From Desulfurococcales archaeon (GTDB taxonomy: Archaea; Thermoproteota; Thermoprotei_A; Sulfolobales; NBVN01), in contig JAGDWD010000009.1 in assembly GCA_023255955.1 (NCBI GenBank), forward strand, positions 21-64,020: 64,000 nucleotides of DNA, read 5' to 3'. The position numbers and the translations under genes are program-made. This document shows positions 36,561-46,991 of this stretch, one piece after another (positions within the stretch are counted from its first letter, which is position 1; each line of letters opens with the position of its first letter). The notes below the pieces were generated by a model, which saw only the letters and a program-made list of their open reading frames with translations, was not told where the DNA came from and did not search any database.

Positions 36561-37823
36561 CTAGCTTCTGATGTGTAGGTTTTCTCTTAGGAGTTCTCTC
36601 AGATAGACGGTTGCGTAGCACCCCTTACTCAGCTTAAAGTGAAGTTCTATGGTGTTTGGTGGTGTTGTGCCTGCTTTAAGGTCTCTAGGTTTGAACACTG
36701 TCTCTCTAACGGTCTTTACGAACAGGGTCTTGTCCACTCTTGGCTGGTTTTCCAGGTCTTCCTGTATTACCTGTGAAGAGAACTTACTGCAACCTTCTGA
36801 TGGTAGGTCAGGTCTGGGGAGTTCCAGTATCTCACACTTAACGCTCACCTCGTCGACATTGCCTACAGTTTCCACCATATTGCTGAGGGCCTTGTTGAAG
36901 AGGTATGACTGGTAAGCCTCTACGAAGAACTTAACCATCCCTCTAGGGAGTCCCTGAAGGATTGCCTTCCTGGGGTCAGAGGTTTCGATGTACCTCCTCA
37001 ATATAGATCTCTCTATGGTAAACCTCCTAGGGAAAGCTCTCAGGGCCCCCCTGAGATCCCCCTCCAAAAACAACTTCCTCGCTACTCTCACAGTAGGTGA
37101 CTCGAGGTCGGACTGGAAACCTATCAGCACGTTCAAAGCCTCCGAGTAGTCACCAATAGCAATTGCCCTCCCTACTAGGTGGCTAATAGGTCTAACAGTC
37201 CCGAACCTCTGGTAGCCGAAGTAGTTGAGGTAGCTCAACCTTGCTGATAGCTCGATAAGCTGGATTATGGGTGTCGGGTCGGTAGTGACGTGACTCAGTA
37301 TGACCTCGAAGACGTTCCCGGATAGCTGGTGCTTTCTAGGTACGAAGTCCGCGCTCACCTCGCTTACAGGGTATAGACAGAGCTCCTCAGCTCCTCTATA
37401 ACTAAGTGTAAGCTCCCTAAGACATTCCGCAACAACGAACTGACATGATGAGGCCTCCGCATCCTTAATACCCCAGTAGGCTATCCTCACCCCAAGATTC
37501 TCGAGGATCCATGAAGCCTCCAGTGTGCTGACACCCTTCTTACATAGAACTGCTAACAGCCTCTGCCTAGGTAAGCAGTGAAAGCTTGGGCAACCACTTT
37601 CCAGGGGTCTAGCTACTCCGAGACCGTAGATCTCCTCGTATACCCTGAACGTCTCAGGACTCAGGGAGACCTGGGCAAGACCTCCTAGATAGATATCGGG
37701 CCTCGAGTAGTACCTCATACCTACAGCTATATCTAGGGGGTTCCCACTCTTCATCATTAACTGATCCTCGCCTGCTGTTTGAGGTTCACGTAAGTTTATA
37801 AGACTTGCGTGATCCCCCTCCAA
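36561..37823 (-). CDS. truD: tRNA pseudouridine synthase D (TruD/Pus7 family)
   Basis: YLNYFGYQRFG motif typical of TruD. The start is uncertain: TTG at 37823 or the internal MMKSG. Confidence 0.75.
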   Translation of the reverse strand: MEGDHASLINLREPQTAGEDQLMMKSGNPLDIAVGMRYYSRPDIYLGGLAQVSLSPETFRVYEEIYGLGVARPLESGCPSFHCLPRQRLLAVLCKKGVSTLEASWILENLGVRIAYWGIKDAEASSCQFVVAECLRELTLSYRGAEELCLYPVSEVSADFVPRKHQLSGNVFEVILSHVTTDPTPIIQLIELSARLSYLNYFGYQRFGTVRPISHLVGRAIAIGDYSEALNVLIGFQSDLESPTVRVARKLFLEGDLRGALRAFPRRFTIERSILRRYIETSDPRKAILQGLPRGMVKFFVEAYQSYLFNKALSNMVETVGNVDEVSVKCEILELPRPDLPSEGCSKFSSQVIQEDLENQPRVDKTLFVKTVRETVFKPRDLKAGTTPPNTIELHFKLSKGCYATVYLRELLRENLHIRS

Positions 37824-38025
37824 GCTGTGTACGGTCAGGACGGTGGAGCTTAAGCTAATTAACTACCTCCTCAATATTAGTTTCGGATGATGAGTGGCGA
37901 TGGCAATGAGCCGTGATTAGACTAATCTCTCTGAACTCGCTCAGGTTTATAGAGGACCTCTATCGAGGTAATCCTCAGCAGAGGCTTTTATCTTCATACC
38001 CACAGAAACTCGTGGAGCTTAAGGT

Positions 38026-39897
38026 ATGTTCAACCCTTTGAAAGCACCTGAAGGAGTTAGGATAGCCCTCATGGGAAACGAAGCCATAGCCAGAGGCTTT
38101 CTGGAGGCCGGTGCCTCAGTAATCACGGGCTATCCAGGCACCCCCTCGAGTGAGGTGATAACATCACTTCACGAGTATGGTGTAAGCTCCGAGATCTTTG
38201 TGGAGTGGGCTATAAACGAGAGAGTTGCCTTCGAGATAGCTTACGGGGCAGCCATATGCGGTGCTAGAGCTGCGGTAACTATGAAGGCTCCCGGCGCGTC
38301 GGTAGCTCTGGACCCGATAGTCTCATCTGCTTACGGTGGTGTTGAGGGAGGACTAGTCGTCCTAGTAGCTGACGATCCCGGGCCACACACAACGCAGACT
38401 GAGCAGGACGATAGGTGGCTCGGGTTCCTAGCTAAGCTACCGGTCGTAACCCCTTCCAGTCCTCAGGAAGCTAAGGACTTAACGGTCTCAGCTTTCGATA
38501 TTAGTGAGGAGCTTAAGCTACCGGTCATACTTAGAACAACGACTAGGGTAAACCACACTGTAGGTGAGGTCCTACTCGGGCCTGTAAGGCCTCCGAAGAG
38601 GACCGCAGGGTTCGTCAAGGACATCCCCAGGTTCGTGAGAGCTGGGATGTCGTGGAACTTGGAGAGACATAGGTGGCTTAATAAGCAGCTAGATATTGCT
38701 GAGGACGTCTTCGATAGGATCTCACCCGTTAGAAACACTGTGGAGGGTTCTGGGAGGTTCTGCGTCGTCACGGAGGGAGCAGCATACAACTATGTTAGGG
38801 AGGTAGTTGATGAGTTAGGTATTGAAGTTAGGGTAGTTAAGCTCAGCCTCCTCTTCCCCCCACCCAGAAAGTTCCTTACTGAAGCACTTGATGGTTGCTC
38901 CGATATTCTAGTAGTCGAGGAGTTAGATCCCTACTTAGAGCTGGTGGTGAAGAGCTTACTGAAGGACCGCGGGTCGACTGCCCGGGTTTACGGGAAGGTC
39001 TCCGGCTCTATCCCCCTAGAAGGAGAGTTGAGTAGGGGGTTAGTGAGGAGAGCCATGACGTCGCTACTGCCGGGGACTCCCAGCTCTGCTCCCCAGGAAG
39101 TCCAGCCCAGGCAGGCGCTGAAGGTACCTCCTAGACCACCCCCTATGTGTCCTGGCTGCCCCCATAGGAGTATGTATGTCGCGATGTTGATCGGCATCTC
39201 CAGGGCCGGGTACAAGCGGGGTGAGGTGCCCGTATTCGGTGATATCGGTTGCTATGCACTAGCTTCTCAACCACCCTTAGAGGCTATATGGACGGAGCAC
39301 TCTATGGGTGCCTCCATATCGATGGCTATGGGGGCTAAAGTAGCAGGTTTCAGAGGGCCTGTAATAGCTGTTATAGGTGACTCCACCTTCTACCATGCTG
39401 GGATACAGCCTCTAATAGAGGCCGTCCATAAGAGGGTTGACATGCTTGTCGTTATAGCTGATAACTCAGTCGTAGCTATGACAGGGCACCAGTCGACCCC
39501 GGCATGGTCTACACTGGAGTCAGGTAGGAAAGCGAGGCCCGTTATAGTAGAGGATATTGTGAGAGCTGTAGGTGTAGATTACCTGGAGGTGGTGGACCCG
39601 TACGACATAGACAAAATGATCAACGCCTTCGAGAGGCTGATTAAACAGCCCGGGGTGAAGGTACTAGTTAGTAAGCATCCCTGCGCTCTCCTAGAAGCTA
39701 GATCCAGAAGCTTGCGGAGGTATAGGGTCATCGATGAGAAGTGCACTGGATGCCTCGCATGTATCAAGGTAACCGGCTGCCCAGCACTGTTCTACGAGAA
39801 TGGGAAGGTCTCCATTTCAGCTGATGACTGTGTCGGGTGCGGTCTCTGTGCTAGGTTCTGTCCCTACAAGGCTATCGAGGTGGCCGGTAATGAGTAG
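38026..39897 (+). CDS. iorA: Indolepyruvate:ferredoxin oxidoreductase alpha subunit
   Basis: A TPP-binding region (GDSTFYHAG) and C-terminal 2x[4Fe-4S] motifs CTGCLACIKVTGCP and CVGCGLCARFCP. 623 aa. Confidence 0.85.
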   Translation: MFNPLKAPEGVRIALMGNEAIARGFLEAGASVITGYPGTPSSEVITSLHEYGVSSEIFVEWAINERVAFEIAYGAAICGARAAVTMKAPGASVALDPIVSSAYGGVEGGLVVLVADDPGPHTTQTEQDDRWLGFLAKLPVVTPSSPQEAKDLTVSAFDISEELKLPVILRTTTRVNHTVGEVLLGPVRPPKRTAGFVKDIPRFVRAGMSWNLERHRWLNKQLDIAEDVFDRISPVRNTVEGSGRFCVVTEGAAYNYVREVVDELGIEVRVVKLSLLFPPPRKFLTEALDGCSDILVVEELDPYLELVVKSLLKDRGSTARVYGKVSGSIPLEGELSRGLVRRAMTSLLPGTPSSAPQEVQPRQALKVPPRPPPMCPGCPHRSMYVAMLIGISRAGYKRGEVPVFGDIGCYALASQPPLEAIWTEHSMGASISMAMGAKVAGFRGPVIAVIGDSTFYHAGIQPLIEAVHKRVDMLVVIADNSVVAMTGHQSTPAWSTLESGRKARPVIVEDIVRAVGVDYLEVVDPYDIDKMINAFERLIKQPGVKVLVSKHPCALLEARSRSLRRYRVIDEKCTGCLACIKVTGCPALFYENGKVSISADDCVGCGLCARFCPYKAIEVAGNE

Positions 39898-40492
39898 GAT
39901 CGTGAACATAGCCATAGCTTCTGTGGGCGGTCAAGGAGGTCTAACCCTATCCAGGGCCCTGGCCATCGCTGCCGTACTCGACGGTTACTCCGTTAGGACT
40001 GGTGAGACTCTAGGCATGTCTCAGAGGTTCGGATCGGTTCTCAGCTACGTAAGGATAGGTAAGAGGGTTTTCTCACCAACGTTCTCGACTGGAGAAGCTG
40101 ACTTCTTGCTCGGCTTAGAGCTCGTAGAGTCCGTGAGGGCCCTACCCCTACTGAGGGATGGTGGGGTCGCGGTAGTAGCAGATACCCTGAAGATCCCTAT
40201 CTCAGCTAGTCTCGAGAAGATGTCTCCCAGGGTTGACGAGCTAATCAGGGAACTTACTAGGAGATCGAGGGCTGTTATAGTACCGGCATCTAAGATAGCG
40301 AGAGACGCTGGTAACCCCAGAGCAGCTAACATGGTCGTACTCGGAGTATTCCAAGGAATCTCAGGACTACTCACTGAGACCTCGTTAAGGAAGGCTATTA
40401 GTGAGGTGGTGCCAGGTAAGTGGCTTGAGACATCGATGAAGGCTTTCGATGAGGGATTAAAGTACGGAGTCTCAGTAAGGACAGTCCCGTGA
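39890..40492 (+). CDS. iorB: Indolepyruvate:ferredoxin oxidoreductase beta subunit
   Basis: IASVGGQGG motif. 8-nt overlap with iorA. The start is set at the ATG at 39890. Confidence 0.8.
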   Translation: MSRIVNIAIASVGGQGGLTLSRALAIAAVLDGYSVRTGETLGMSQRFGSVLSYVRIGKRVFSPTFSTGEADFLLGLELVESVRALPLLRDGGVAVVADTLKIPISASLEKMSPRVDELIRELTRRSRAVIVPASKIARDAGNPRAANMVVLGVFQGISGLLTETSLRKAISEVVPGKWLETSMKAFDEGLKYGVSVRTVP

Positions 40493-40607
40493 CCTCTATC
40501 TTCTTACGGATTTCTCTTCAGTATTTTTCTAAAGCATTCCCAACTCCCTAGTGAGGATCCCCCAAGTGTCCAGGAAATCTAAGACGGGTTTTACTGTTAG
40601 TGAGTTT

Positions 40608-40908
40608 GGGGGCTGTTCTGTTTTTGATTAGTGGTCTCTGTGTTTATGGTTTTTAGGGTTGCTGTGCTCTGGGGTTATGCGTTAAGCTTATTAACTTCAT
40701 TTCTATGAGTAGCTTGGATACCCCGCTGAGTGATGGGAGCAGTGCTCCGAGCTCTGTGGGGTTAGACGTAGATGGGAGCCCCGTGCCGTTGGGCTCGACA
40801 GCCACCCATGACCCGCAGGGATAGGTAGATCCCTGTGGGCGAGGTGGAAGTCCCTAGATGTGATGAACAAACATAAACCCACGTCAACGAGCATCTAGGG
40901 ACAAACGG
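40608..40908 (-). mobile_element. Interspersed structured repeat, copy C (intergenic, reverse orientation)
   Basis: Its reverse complement aligns end to end with copies A and B. Confidence 0.7.
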
Positions 40909-41122
40909 TATGGTCTAGCCGGGGGCGTCATGCCCGCGATGTGCACGGCCCCGGATCCCACAAGGAGTGGGGTCGGGTCTTCGATCCAGAGCTTAAGTCT
41001 CTAGAGGAGATTAGTCGCAAGCCCTGCTCCGGTGAGGATCCATCCCCTAAGGGCTGGTGGGTCGTTGACCACTTTTATAGGGTAGGTACTGAGAGCTTAT
41101 TTTCTAGCTGGTTTATGATTTT

Positions 41123-41449
41123 GTGATGGTTAGGCGCAGGAAGCTGGTGTTCAAGGAGGAGTACTGGGAGAGTATATCTCTAGGTAGGAAAGTATCTACG
41201 ATTAGGTTGAACAGTCCTGTGAGGGTGGGTGACGTGGTGGATATAGTAGCTGGGAGGAGATTTGTCGGTTCTGCTGTAGTAACGGGTGTTGAAGTTAAGA
41301 AGGTGTCTCAGCTAACTGAGGAGGATGCTAGGTTAGATGGTTTTAATAGTAGGGAGGAGCTTATAGCTAAGCTTAGGAAAATATACGGGAGGGCTGTGAC
41401 GGATTCTACGGAGGTGAAGATCATAAGGTTCAAGTTATTAGGGCGCTGA
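41123..41449 (+). CDS. ASCH (PUA-like) domain protein
   Basis: 108 aa. The pattern ISLGRKVSTIRL...GDVVDI...EEDARLDGF matches the ASCH fold. Confidence 0.6.
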   Translation: MMVRRRKLVFKEEYWESISLGRKVSTIRLNSPVRVGDVVDIVAGRRFVGSAVVTGVEVKKVSQLTEEDARLDGFNSREELIAKLRKIYGRAVTDSTEVKIIRFKLLGR

Positions 41450-41582
41450 TCACGGGGTTTGGAGAGGCTTAGCTGTGCTATATGTTTCTGCGGATGAAGG
41501 TGTGAGTATCTGAGAATGGGTAGCTAGAGGTGTTGGACCTTTATAAGCTTTCCTCTAGAAGAACCAGTAAGGAAGTGATTCG

Positions 41583-42140
41583 TTGGTGAAGCTGTTCGTC
41601 TGCGTTACAGGTATGCCCGGATCTGGTAAGACGTTAGTAGCTAAGTGCCTAGCTCAGAAGTTAGGTCTCTACGTGAATATGGGGGACGTTGTCAGGGCTA
41701 AGGCGTCTGAGGCCGGGATCGAGCCTACAGCAGGGAACCTTATGAGGCTGGCCCAGGAGTTGAGGAGTATTCACGGCCCGGATGTGGTGGCTAGGGAAGT
41801 AATTAAAGCTGTCTCCAGCTACGACGAGATCGTCGTTGTGGATGGGGTTAGGAACCTTGATGAAGTTAGAGCGTTCTCCGGTGTGGCACCCACGCTGATC
41901 GTAGCTGTACACTCATCCCCGAGGACGAGGTACTCCAGGCTCAGGGTGAGGGGAAGGAGTGATGACCCGGAAACCTACGTTGAGTTTCAGAGGAGGGACA
42001 TGAAGGAGCTTGAACTCGGTATTGGGTCCGTCATAGCTCTAGCTGACGTGGTTGTCGTGAATGAGGGGAGGGAGCCTTCCTCTATATGTGAGGAGGCCTT
42101 AGAGAAAGTTCGTAGGGTTATGGGGGATGTTGTTAGTTAG
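41583..42140 (+). CDS. P-loop nucleotide kinase-like protein (UPF0200-type)
   Basis: Walker A GMPGSGKT, size and an adenylate-kinase-like layout. It is adjacent to a UPF0201-type gene, as in other archaea. Confidence 0.6.
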   Translation: MVKLFVCVTGMPGSGKTLVAKCLAQKLGLYVNMGDVVRAKASEAGIEPTAGNLMRLAQELRSIHGPDVVAREVIKAVSSYDEIVVVDGVRNLDEVRAFSGVAPTLIVAVHSSPRTRYSRLRVRGRSDDPETYVEFQRRDMKELELGIGSVIALADVVVVNEGREPSSICEEALEKVRRVMGDVVS

Positions 42141-42561
42141 GGTTGAAGCAGAGGTTAGGCCCACAGAGGACCCGGAGAAGGTGGTGAGAGCAGTCAAAAA
42201 CTTACTTGATATTGAACTTAAGGTAGTTGAGCTTCCTGAGGGGTACAAGCTCGTCGTCGGTGAATCAAGTAGTATAGACTCCCTCAGGAAGTTACACACC
42301 TCGTTGAGACAGGAGAGGATATTGGATGCCGCTAGGAGCTATATGCTGAGAAATCGGAGGGGCACTAGCCTCGAACTAAAGCTACACAAGCAAGCAGCTT
42401 ACGCAGGACACATCTCGCTAGTAACATACGACGAGGAGTCGCCTCTAGGTCCGATAAGAGTTATCATAGCATCAGATAAGATTAACGACATAGTGGATTG
42501 GCTGGCCCCTCCAACATCCCAGGGAAGACCCATCTGGGAGAAACCACCCCCGCAGGTTTAG
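42127..42561 (+). CDS. Predicted RNA-binding protein (UPF0201 / DUF54-like)
   Basis: The N-terminus VRVEAEVRPTEDPEKVVRAVKNL resembles the paralog at 52000 (FSTFIHSTEDEGKVLEALTRAL). Confidence 0.5.
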   Translation: MLLVRVEAEVRPTEDPEKVVRAVKNLLDIELKVVELPEGYKLVVGESSSIDSLRKLHTSLRQERILDAARSYMLRNRRGTSLELKLHKQAAYAGHISLVTYDEESPLGPIRVIIASDKINDIVDWLAPPTSQGRPIWEKPPPQV

Positions 42562-42633
42562 GAATCGACCGGATTATACTGGCCAGTCTAGGTGTAGGGC
42601 GAGTAAGGTATTAGATGCCCGGTTTTTAAGCTT

Positions 42634-42877
42634 CCGTTTGTCCCTAGATGCTCGTTGATGTGGGTTTATGTCCGTTCATTGCATCTAGGGACTTCCACCT
42701 CGTCCACAGGGGTTTTCCTACCCCTGTGGGGTCATGGGTGGCTGTCGAGCCCAACGGCACGGGGCTCCCATCTACGCACAGCCCTAGGGAGCTCGGAGCA
42801 TCGCTCCCATTACTCCCTAGAGCATACACCCTCCAATAATAAAATTCCCTACACAACCCTAATAAACTTTTTGGCCC
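42634..42877 (+). mobile_element. Interspersed structured repeat, copy D (diverged, shortened tail)
   Basis: It has the same 5' end CCGTTTGTCCCTAGATGC and the same hairpin order, with stems changed in a compensatory way. The right boundary is approximate. Confidence 0.6.
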
Positions 42878-43100
42878 ACATATTCATCTTGAAGGGTGAG
42901 GCATATCGCGGGCACGGGCGGTGCTTTGATGTGTGAGGATGCGTGTTCGTCTATATGTAGTAACATAGCTAGCATCAAGGAGTACTTAGATTGTGTAGCT
43001 GAGTGCATGAAGTTCTGTCTTACTAATGTGGTAGGTGAAAGCCTTTAGATTCGATCACTAGTACTGCGAGTGGTGGATGATAGCAATCTGTGGGTAGGTA

Positions 43101-43793
43101 GTGTTGCCCCGTAAGCTACGTTTAGCTGTGTTCGACCTTGACGGCGTCCTAGTTAAGGAAAGATCCTCCTGGGCTTATCTACATAGATTCTTCGGTAGTT
43201 ACGAGTTGGTGAGAAGAGCTAACTACGCGAAGTTATTTGAGGAGGGTGTTATTACCTACTCTGACTGGATGAGGCTTGATCTCGAAGCGATACTCCAGGT
43301 TAGGGGGGCGGTGCACTGCAGTGAGATTGAGGAGGCTTTTAGTTATGTAGAGCTTGCTGAGGGGGCTTGGGAGTTGGTAGACTACCTCAAAAGATCTAAC
43401 GTGAAGGTAGCTATCGTTAGCTCAGGTATTGAAGTGCTCGCTGCTAGAGTTGCTAGGGTTCTAGGTATAGAGGAGGTCTACGCCAATAAGTTAGTGTGCG
43501 ACGATAGGGGGATGCTAGTCCCGCACGGTATCGAGGTAGTGAGCCCTTCAAGGAAGGGAGCTGTCGTAGTTGAGATAGCAGCTAAGTACGGGATACCGCT
43601 ATCCGAAACCATGTTTGTGGGGGACAGTGTGATAGACTGTAGTGCCTTCAGTGTTGTCGGGATCCCCGTAGTGTTAGGTGATGAGAGTGTTAGGTGCGGT
43701 GAAGACCTTAAACTAATCTACGTATCTAACCTCCCGGAGCTCACCCTCCTAGTTAGAGAGTTACTTAGCGAGGGCGCCGGTACTCAGGTATAG
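43101..43793 (+). CDS. HAD-superfamily hydrolase (phosphoserine-phosphatase-like)
   Basis: Motif I AVFDLDGVL and a late GDSVID motif. Confidence 0.7.
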   Translation: MLPRKLRLAVFDLDGVLVKERSSWAYLHRFFGSYELVRRANYAKLFEEGVITYSDWMRLDLEAILQVRGAVHCSEIEEAFSYVELAEGAWELVDYLKRSNVKVAIVSSGIEVLAARVARVLGIEEVYANKLVCDDRGMLVPHGIEVVSPSRKGAVVVEIAAKYGIPLSETMFVGDSVIDCSAFSVVGIPVVLGDESVRCGEDLKLIYVSNLPELTLLVRELLSEGAGTQV

Positions 43794-44628
43794 CTAGCAG
43801 AGCCTTAAGGGTCCTCCCATCGATGAACCTCGTCCTAATACCACGAGATCTGAGCCTGCTATCTATTTCCTGCTCACTCATGCTCATTAAGTCTCTTGAC
43901 TTAGATGCTACTATGAAGTTGCAGGCGTAGCCGAATGACGGTATCCAGGTAGAGAATGACGTGGTGTACCTGAAGACCTTCGAGATGTTCCGGTAAAGCT
44001 CAGCGTATTCTTCGGGGTAGAAGAACGATGTACCTGCCTGCGTCGACATAACGCCATCCTCGGTTAATACCTCGTGGATCCTGTGGATGAAGTCCTCTCT
44101 ATATAGGTCACGAGCTATCTCAGGACCGTAAGGATCTGTTAAATCCATTATTACGACATCGAATCTTTCTTTAGACTCCTCAACGAACTTCTTTCCATCC
44201 TCTATCACTACCTGTGCTCTAGGGTCGTCGAAAGCACCCTCATGCCAGCTCCCCAGGTACTCCCTAGCAATGTTCACAACATCCTCGTCTATATCAACCA
44301 TAACCGCTTTCTCCACAGACTTATACTTCAGAACCTCCCTCAAGGTAGCTCCCTCACCTCCCCCTAGGATCAACACCTTTTTCGGGTTCTCATGGAGGAT
44401 CATTGCTGGATGAACTAACGACTCATGATAGTAGAACTCATCTGCCTCAGTACTCTGGATCAGGCCGTCGAGGACTAGGACCCGGCCGAACTCCTCCGTA
44501 TCAACCACATCTATCTGCTGATACCTAGACCTCTTACTCGCAACTAGGCCCTTAACGTTGACAAGCATGAAGCTTGACCTACCTATAGCCTGGATCACGT
44601 AGAGACCTAGCTTCACGGACACCACCAA
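43765..44628 (-). CDS. speE: Spermidine synthase / polyamine aminopropyltransferase
   Basis: LILGGGEGATLREVLK and VIMDLTDP motifs. Confidence 0.8.
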   Translation of the reverse strand: MVVSVKLGLYVIQAIGRSSFMLVNVKGLVASKRSRYQQIDVVDTEEFGRVLVLDGLIQSTEADEFYYHESLVHPAMILHENPKKVLILGGGEGATLREVLKYKSVEKAVMVDIDEDVVNIAREYLGSWHEGAFDDPRAQVVIEDGKKFVEESKERFDVVIMDLTDPYGPEIARDLYREDFIHRIHEVLTEDGVMSTQAGTSFFYPEEYAELYRNISKVFRYTTSFSTWIPSFGYACNFIVASKSRDLMSMSEQEIDSRLRSRGIRTRFIDGRTLKALLAIPEYRRPR

Positions 44629-44667
44629 GACAGTAGCTTTCCCATATCTAGCTTATATCCGCTCTAA

Positions 44668-45360
44668 GTGTATTCTAAATTGGTGGAAAAGTTGTTGATT
44701 AGGTGGCACGGTCATGCTTGCTTCGAGATAGTAGACTCAGCTGGCTACACCATAGCTGTCGACCCACACGACGGGTACAGCATCGGTATGAAACCCCCGT
44801 CATTTAAAGCTGACGCTGTATTGATAACTCACGAGCACTTCGACCACAACGCATATAATGTGGTGGCTAAACCCGGGGCTGAAAGATACTCGATGAAGGA
44901 GGGTAATTTCCTTCTAGGTGGGAAACATAGAGCTAGGGGTGTGAAGCTCTACCACGATAAAGTTAAGGGGAGGAGGAGGGGTGAGGTAGTTGTTTACAGA
45001 ATCGAGGTAGATGGTGTGGGGATACTCCATCTGGGTGATTTAGGACATATCTTCGATGAGAAGGTAGCTGCTGAGCTGAAGCCTGTGGACATCCTTATGG
45101 TACCTGTCGGGGGGACGTTCACGATAGATCCTCGGGAAGCGTTCGAGGTAGTGAAGCTGATTGACCCTAAGATAGCTATACCGATGCACTACTGGGTTAG
45201 AGGTGTTAACCTACCCCTACAGCCGGTAGATGTGTTCATAGAGATAGTGAAAGACGCTTACGAAGTTATTACTGCTAAAACAAACGAGCTTGCTGTGACT
45301 GCTGAAGATCTCCACGAGATATCTAAGACGAAGATCTACGTACTTTCCCCTCCTAGCTAG
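44668..45360 (+). CDS. MBL-fold metallohydrolase (UPF0173-like)
   Basis: THEHFDHN motif and later GDLGH. Confidence 0.7.
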   Translation: MYSKLVEKLLIRWHGHACFEIVDSAGYTIAVDPHDGYSIGMKPPSFKADAVLITHEHFDHNAYNVVAKPGAERYSMKEGNFLLGGKHRARGVKLYHDKVKGRRRGEVVVYRIEVDGVGILHLGDLGHIFDEKVAAELKPVDILMVPVGGTFTIDPREAFEVVKLIDPKIAIPMHYWVRGVNLPLQPVDVFIEIVKDAYEVITAKTNELAVTAEDLHEISKTKIYVLSPPS

Positions 45361-45481
45361 TTACTAGCTAAGCTACTCAGAAACATGACTCTAGGAGGTT
45401 TTTGTTTACTACACCCCTAAACTAAGGTAACGTAGTTCTGACCCCTCTCCCGACTTCAAGGGCTGGGTCCACGGTCGTGAG

Positions 45482-46561
45482 CTACCTAGTAACGGATAGC
45501 AATATTTTCTTCACTACTTCAATCCGGCCTGATCTGATTATATAGTCTCTTATGGGGCCCACTACCTTCTTAGTTAGGTAATCCGAGACGGCGTTCTTAA
45601 GGTCTAGGGGGTGTACTCTACCTTCAGTATAATCCTTCTCGAGGTCCTCATACCTCCAGTAAGTCAGTGGACCCCCATACTTGCTGGGTCTATCCACAAC
45701 GAACTCTACCTCCATGCCCCTGAAGATTATGTATTTTGCTATCCCAAGTACCGGGTTGTTCTCGACCTCCCTCGGGGGGCAGTAGGCTCTAGCTATCTTG
45801 TTTCTTATCTCCTCATCTGAGTCAGTAACGAATATCGCGCTCTCAGGTTTGGACTTACTCATCTTTATCTCAGCTGCTAGCTCGTCCTTAGGTAGGTTCT
45901 GGAACTCCATTCTTGAAACACCATGGAGAGATGGTAGTAGAGGGGTGTGTATAGCTACGACCTTCTTCCTCCCTAGTTTCTCAGCTACGTCTCTAGCAAG
46001 CATATGGGCCTTCCTCTGGTCGATACCTCCCAGTGCTACGTCAACATCCAGCTCGTATATGTCTGTAACCTGCATTAGCGGGTAGATCAGCTTAGAGAAA
46101 TCGGATTCAGCCTCATCGGCCTTCCTACCCATTATCGTCAGGGCCCTCCGAACCCTAGCAATGGAGGTAGCTTTAGCAGTCCTCAGGAGGGTTCCCCAGT
46201 ACTTCTGGCTATCTACAAGCTCATCCGCATATACGACCCGGAATCTCCCCTCAAGCCCAATAGAGTTGAGGACGTCGACAACATGCTGGGAGGCCGCTCT
46301 AATTAGCTCTAGATCTCCCCCTAGCTTATCGTTTATCCAGGCATGCCACGTAGCAGCTAGCAAGATCATGTCGAAGCCCGCGTCCACGAGGTCCTTGAAC
46401 TTGTAGGCCCAGATAAGCCAGCCGATGTGGAAAACCCCGCTCGGCTCAAAGCCTAGATACCCCTTCCCACCCCCAGACTCAAGCAATGTTCTCAACTCCT
46501 CCTCGGTAACCACCTCCTCGGTGTTCCTCACCAACATCCTCAACTTTGTCTCAACATCCAA
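45482..46561 (-). CDS. tyrS: Tyrosyl-tRNA synthetase (archaeal type)
   Basis: GFEPSGVFHIGW (HIGH region), GGIDQRKAHMLARD and KMSKSKP. Confidence 0.75.
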   Translation of the reverse strand: MDVETKLRMLVRNTEEVVTEEELRTLLESGGGKGYLGFEPSGVFHIGWLIWAYKFKDLVDAGFDMILLAATWHAWINDKLGGDLELIRAASQHVVDVLNSIGLEGRFRVVYADELVDSQKYWGTLLRTAKATSIARVRRALTIMGRKADEAESDFSKLIYPLMQVTDIYELDVDVALGGIDQRKAHMLARDVAEKLGRKKVVAIHTPLLPSLHGVSRMEFQNLPKDELAAEIKMSKSKPESAIFVTDSDEEIRNKIARAYCPPREVENNPVLGIAKYIIFRGMEVEFVVDRPSKYGGPLTYWRYEDLEKDYTEGRVHPLDLKNAVSDYLTKKVVGPIRDYIIRSGRIEVVKKILLSVTR

Positions 46562-46991
46562 GACTATCTCCTATTAGCATAATATGAAAGACTATTATAT
46601 ATTATGTCAGCACCCCGACCTCCTACTATTCACTCGGTAAGGCGTCCTTCATCGGCAGGGTAATTAGGAATGTTCCCTACTTAAGCTCTAGGTACGTTAT
46701 AAATATTGTTAAAGTCTTCAGCGCTACCTTACACGACCTCAGTACACTTCCTTACCTGTCAAGCAGTATGTTCCTAGCCTTCCTGTGAAAGTCTGCATCC
46801 CGCCCTGAAAGGTGAAGCTCTCAGTAGCAATCCTCGATCTCCCGGCGTTTAGGGGGCTTCACCTAGAAGGTGAAGATTGAGGAAACTAGTAGATATTGAG
46901 AGCGAGAAGGGCCGGGGGTGGCCCTACCTACCTCATCGATCCCCCGTGACACGGGGTACTTAGTAGGTCCGTGCAGTCTTGGCTTACTAAC

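Noticed and set aside
40840-40870. GGTGGAAGTCCCTAG on the reverse strand of the element, reminiscent of the RNase P RNA GGAAAGUCC core. Also GTGATGA, which resembles a C box.
   Set aside because: The other RNase P conserved regions are absent, and multiple copies would not be expected. The C-box-like word varies between copies (GCGATGA, GCAATGA) and has no D box partner.
40941-41126. A 61-aa ORF between repeat copy C and the ASCH gene.
   Set aside because: It has no motif and an odd composition, and it abuts the ASCH gene start. It is probably non-coding.
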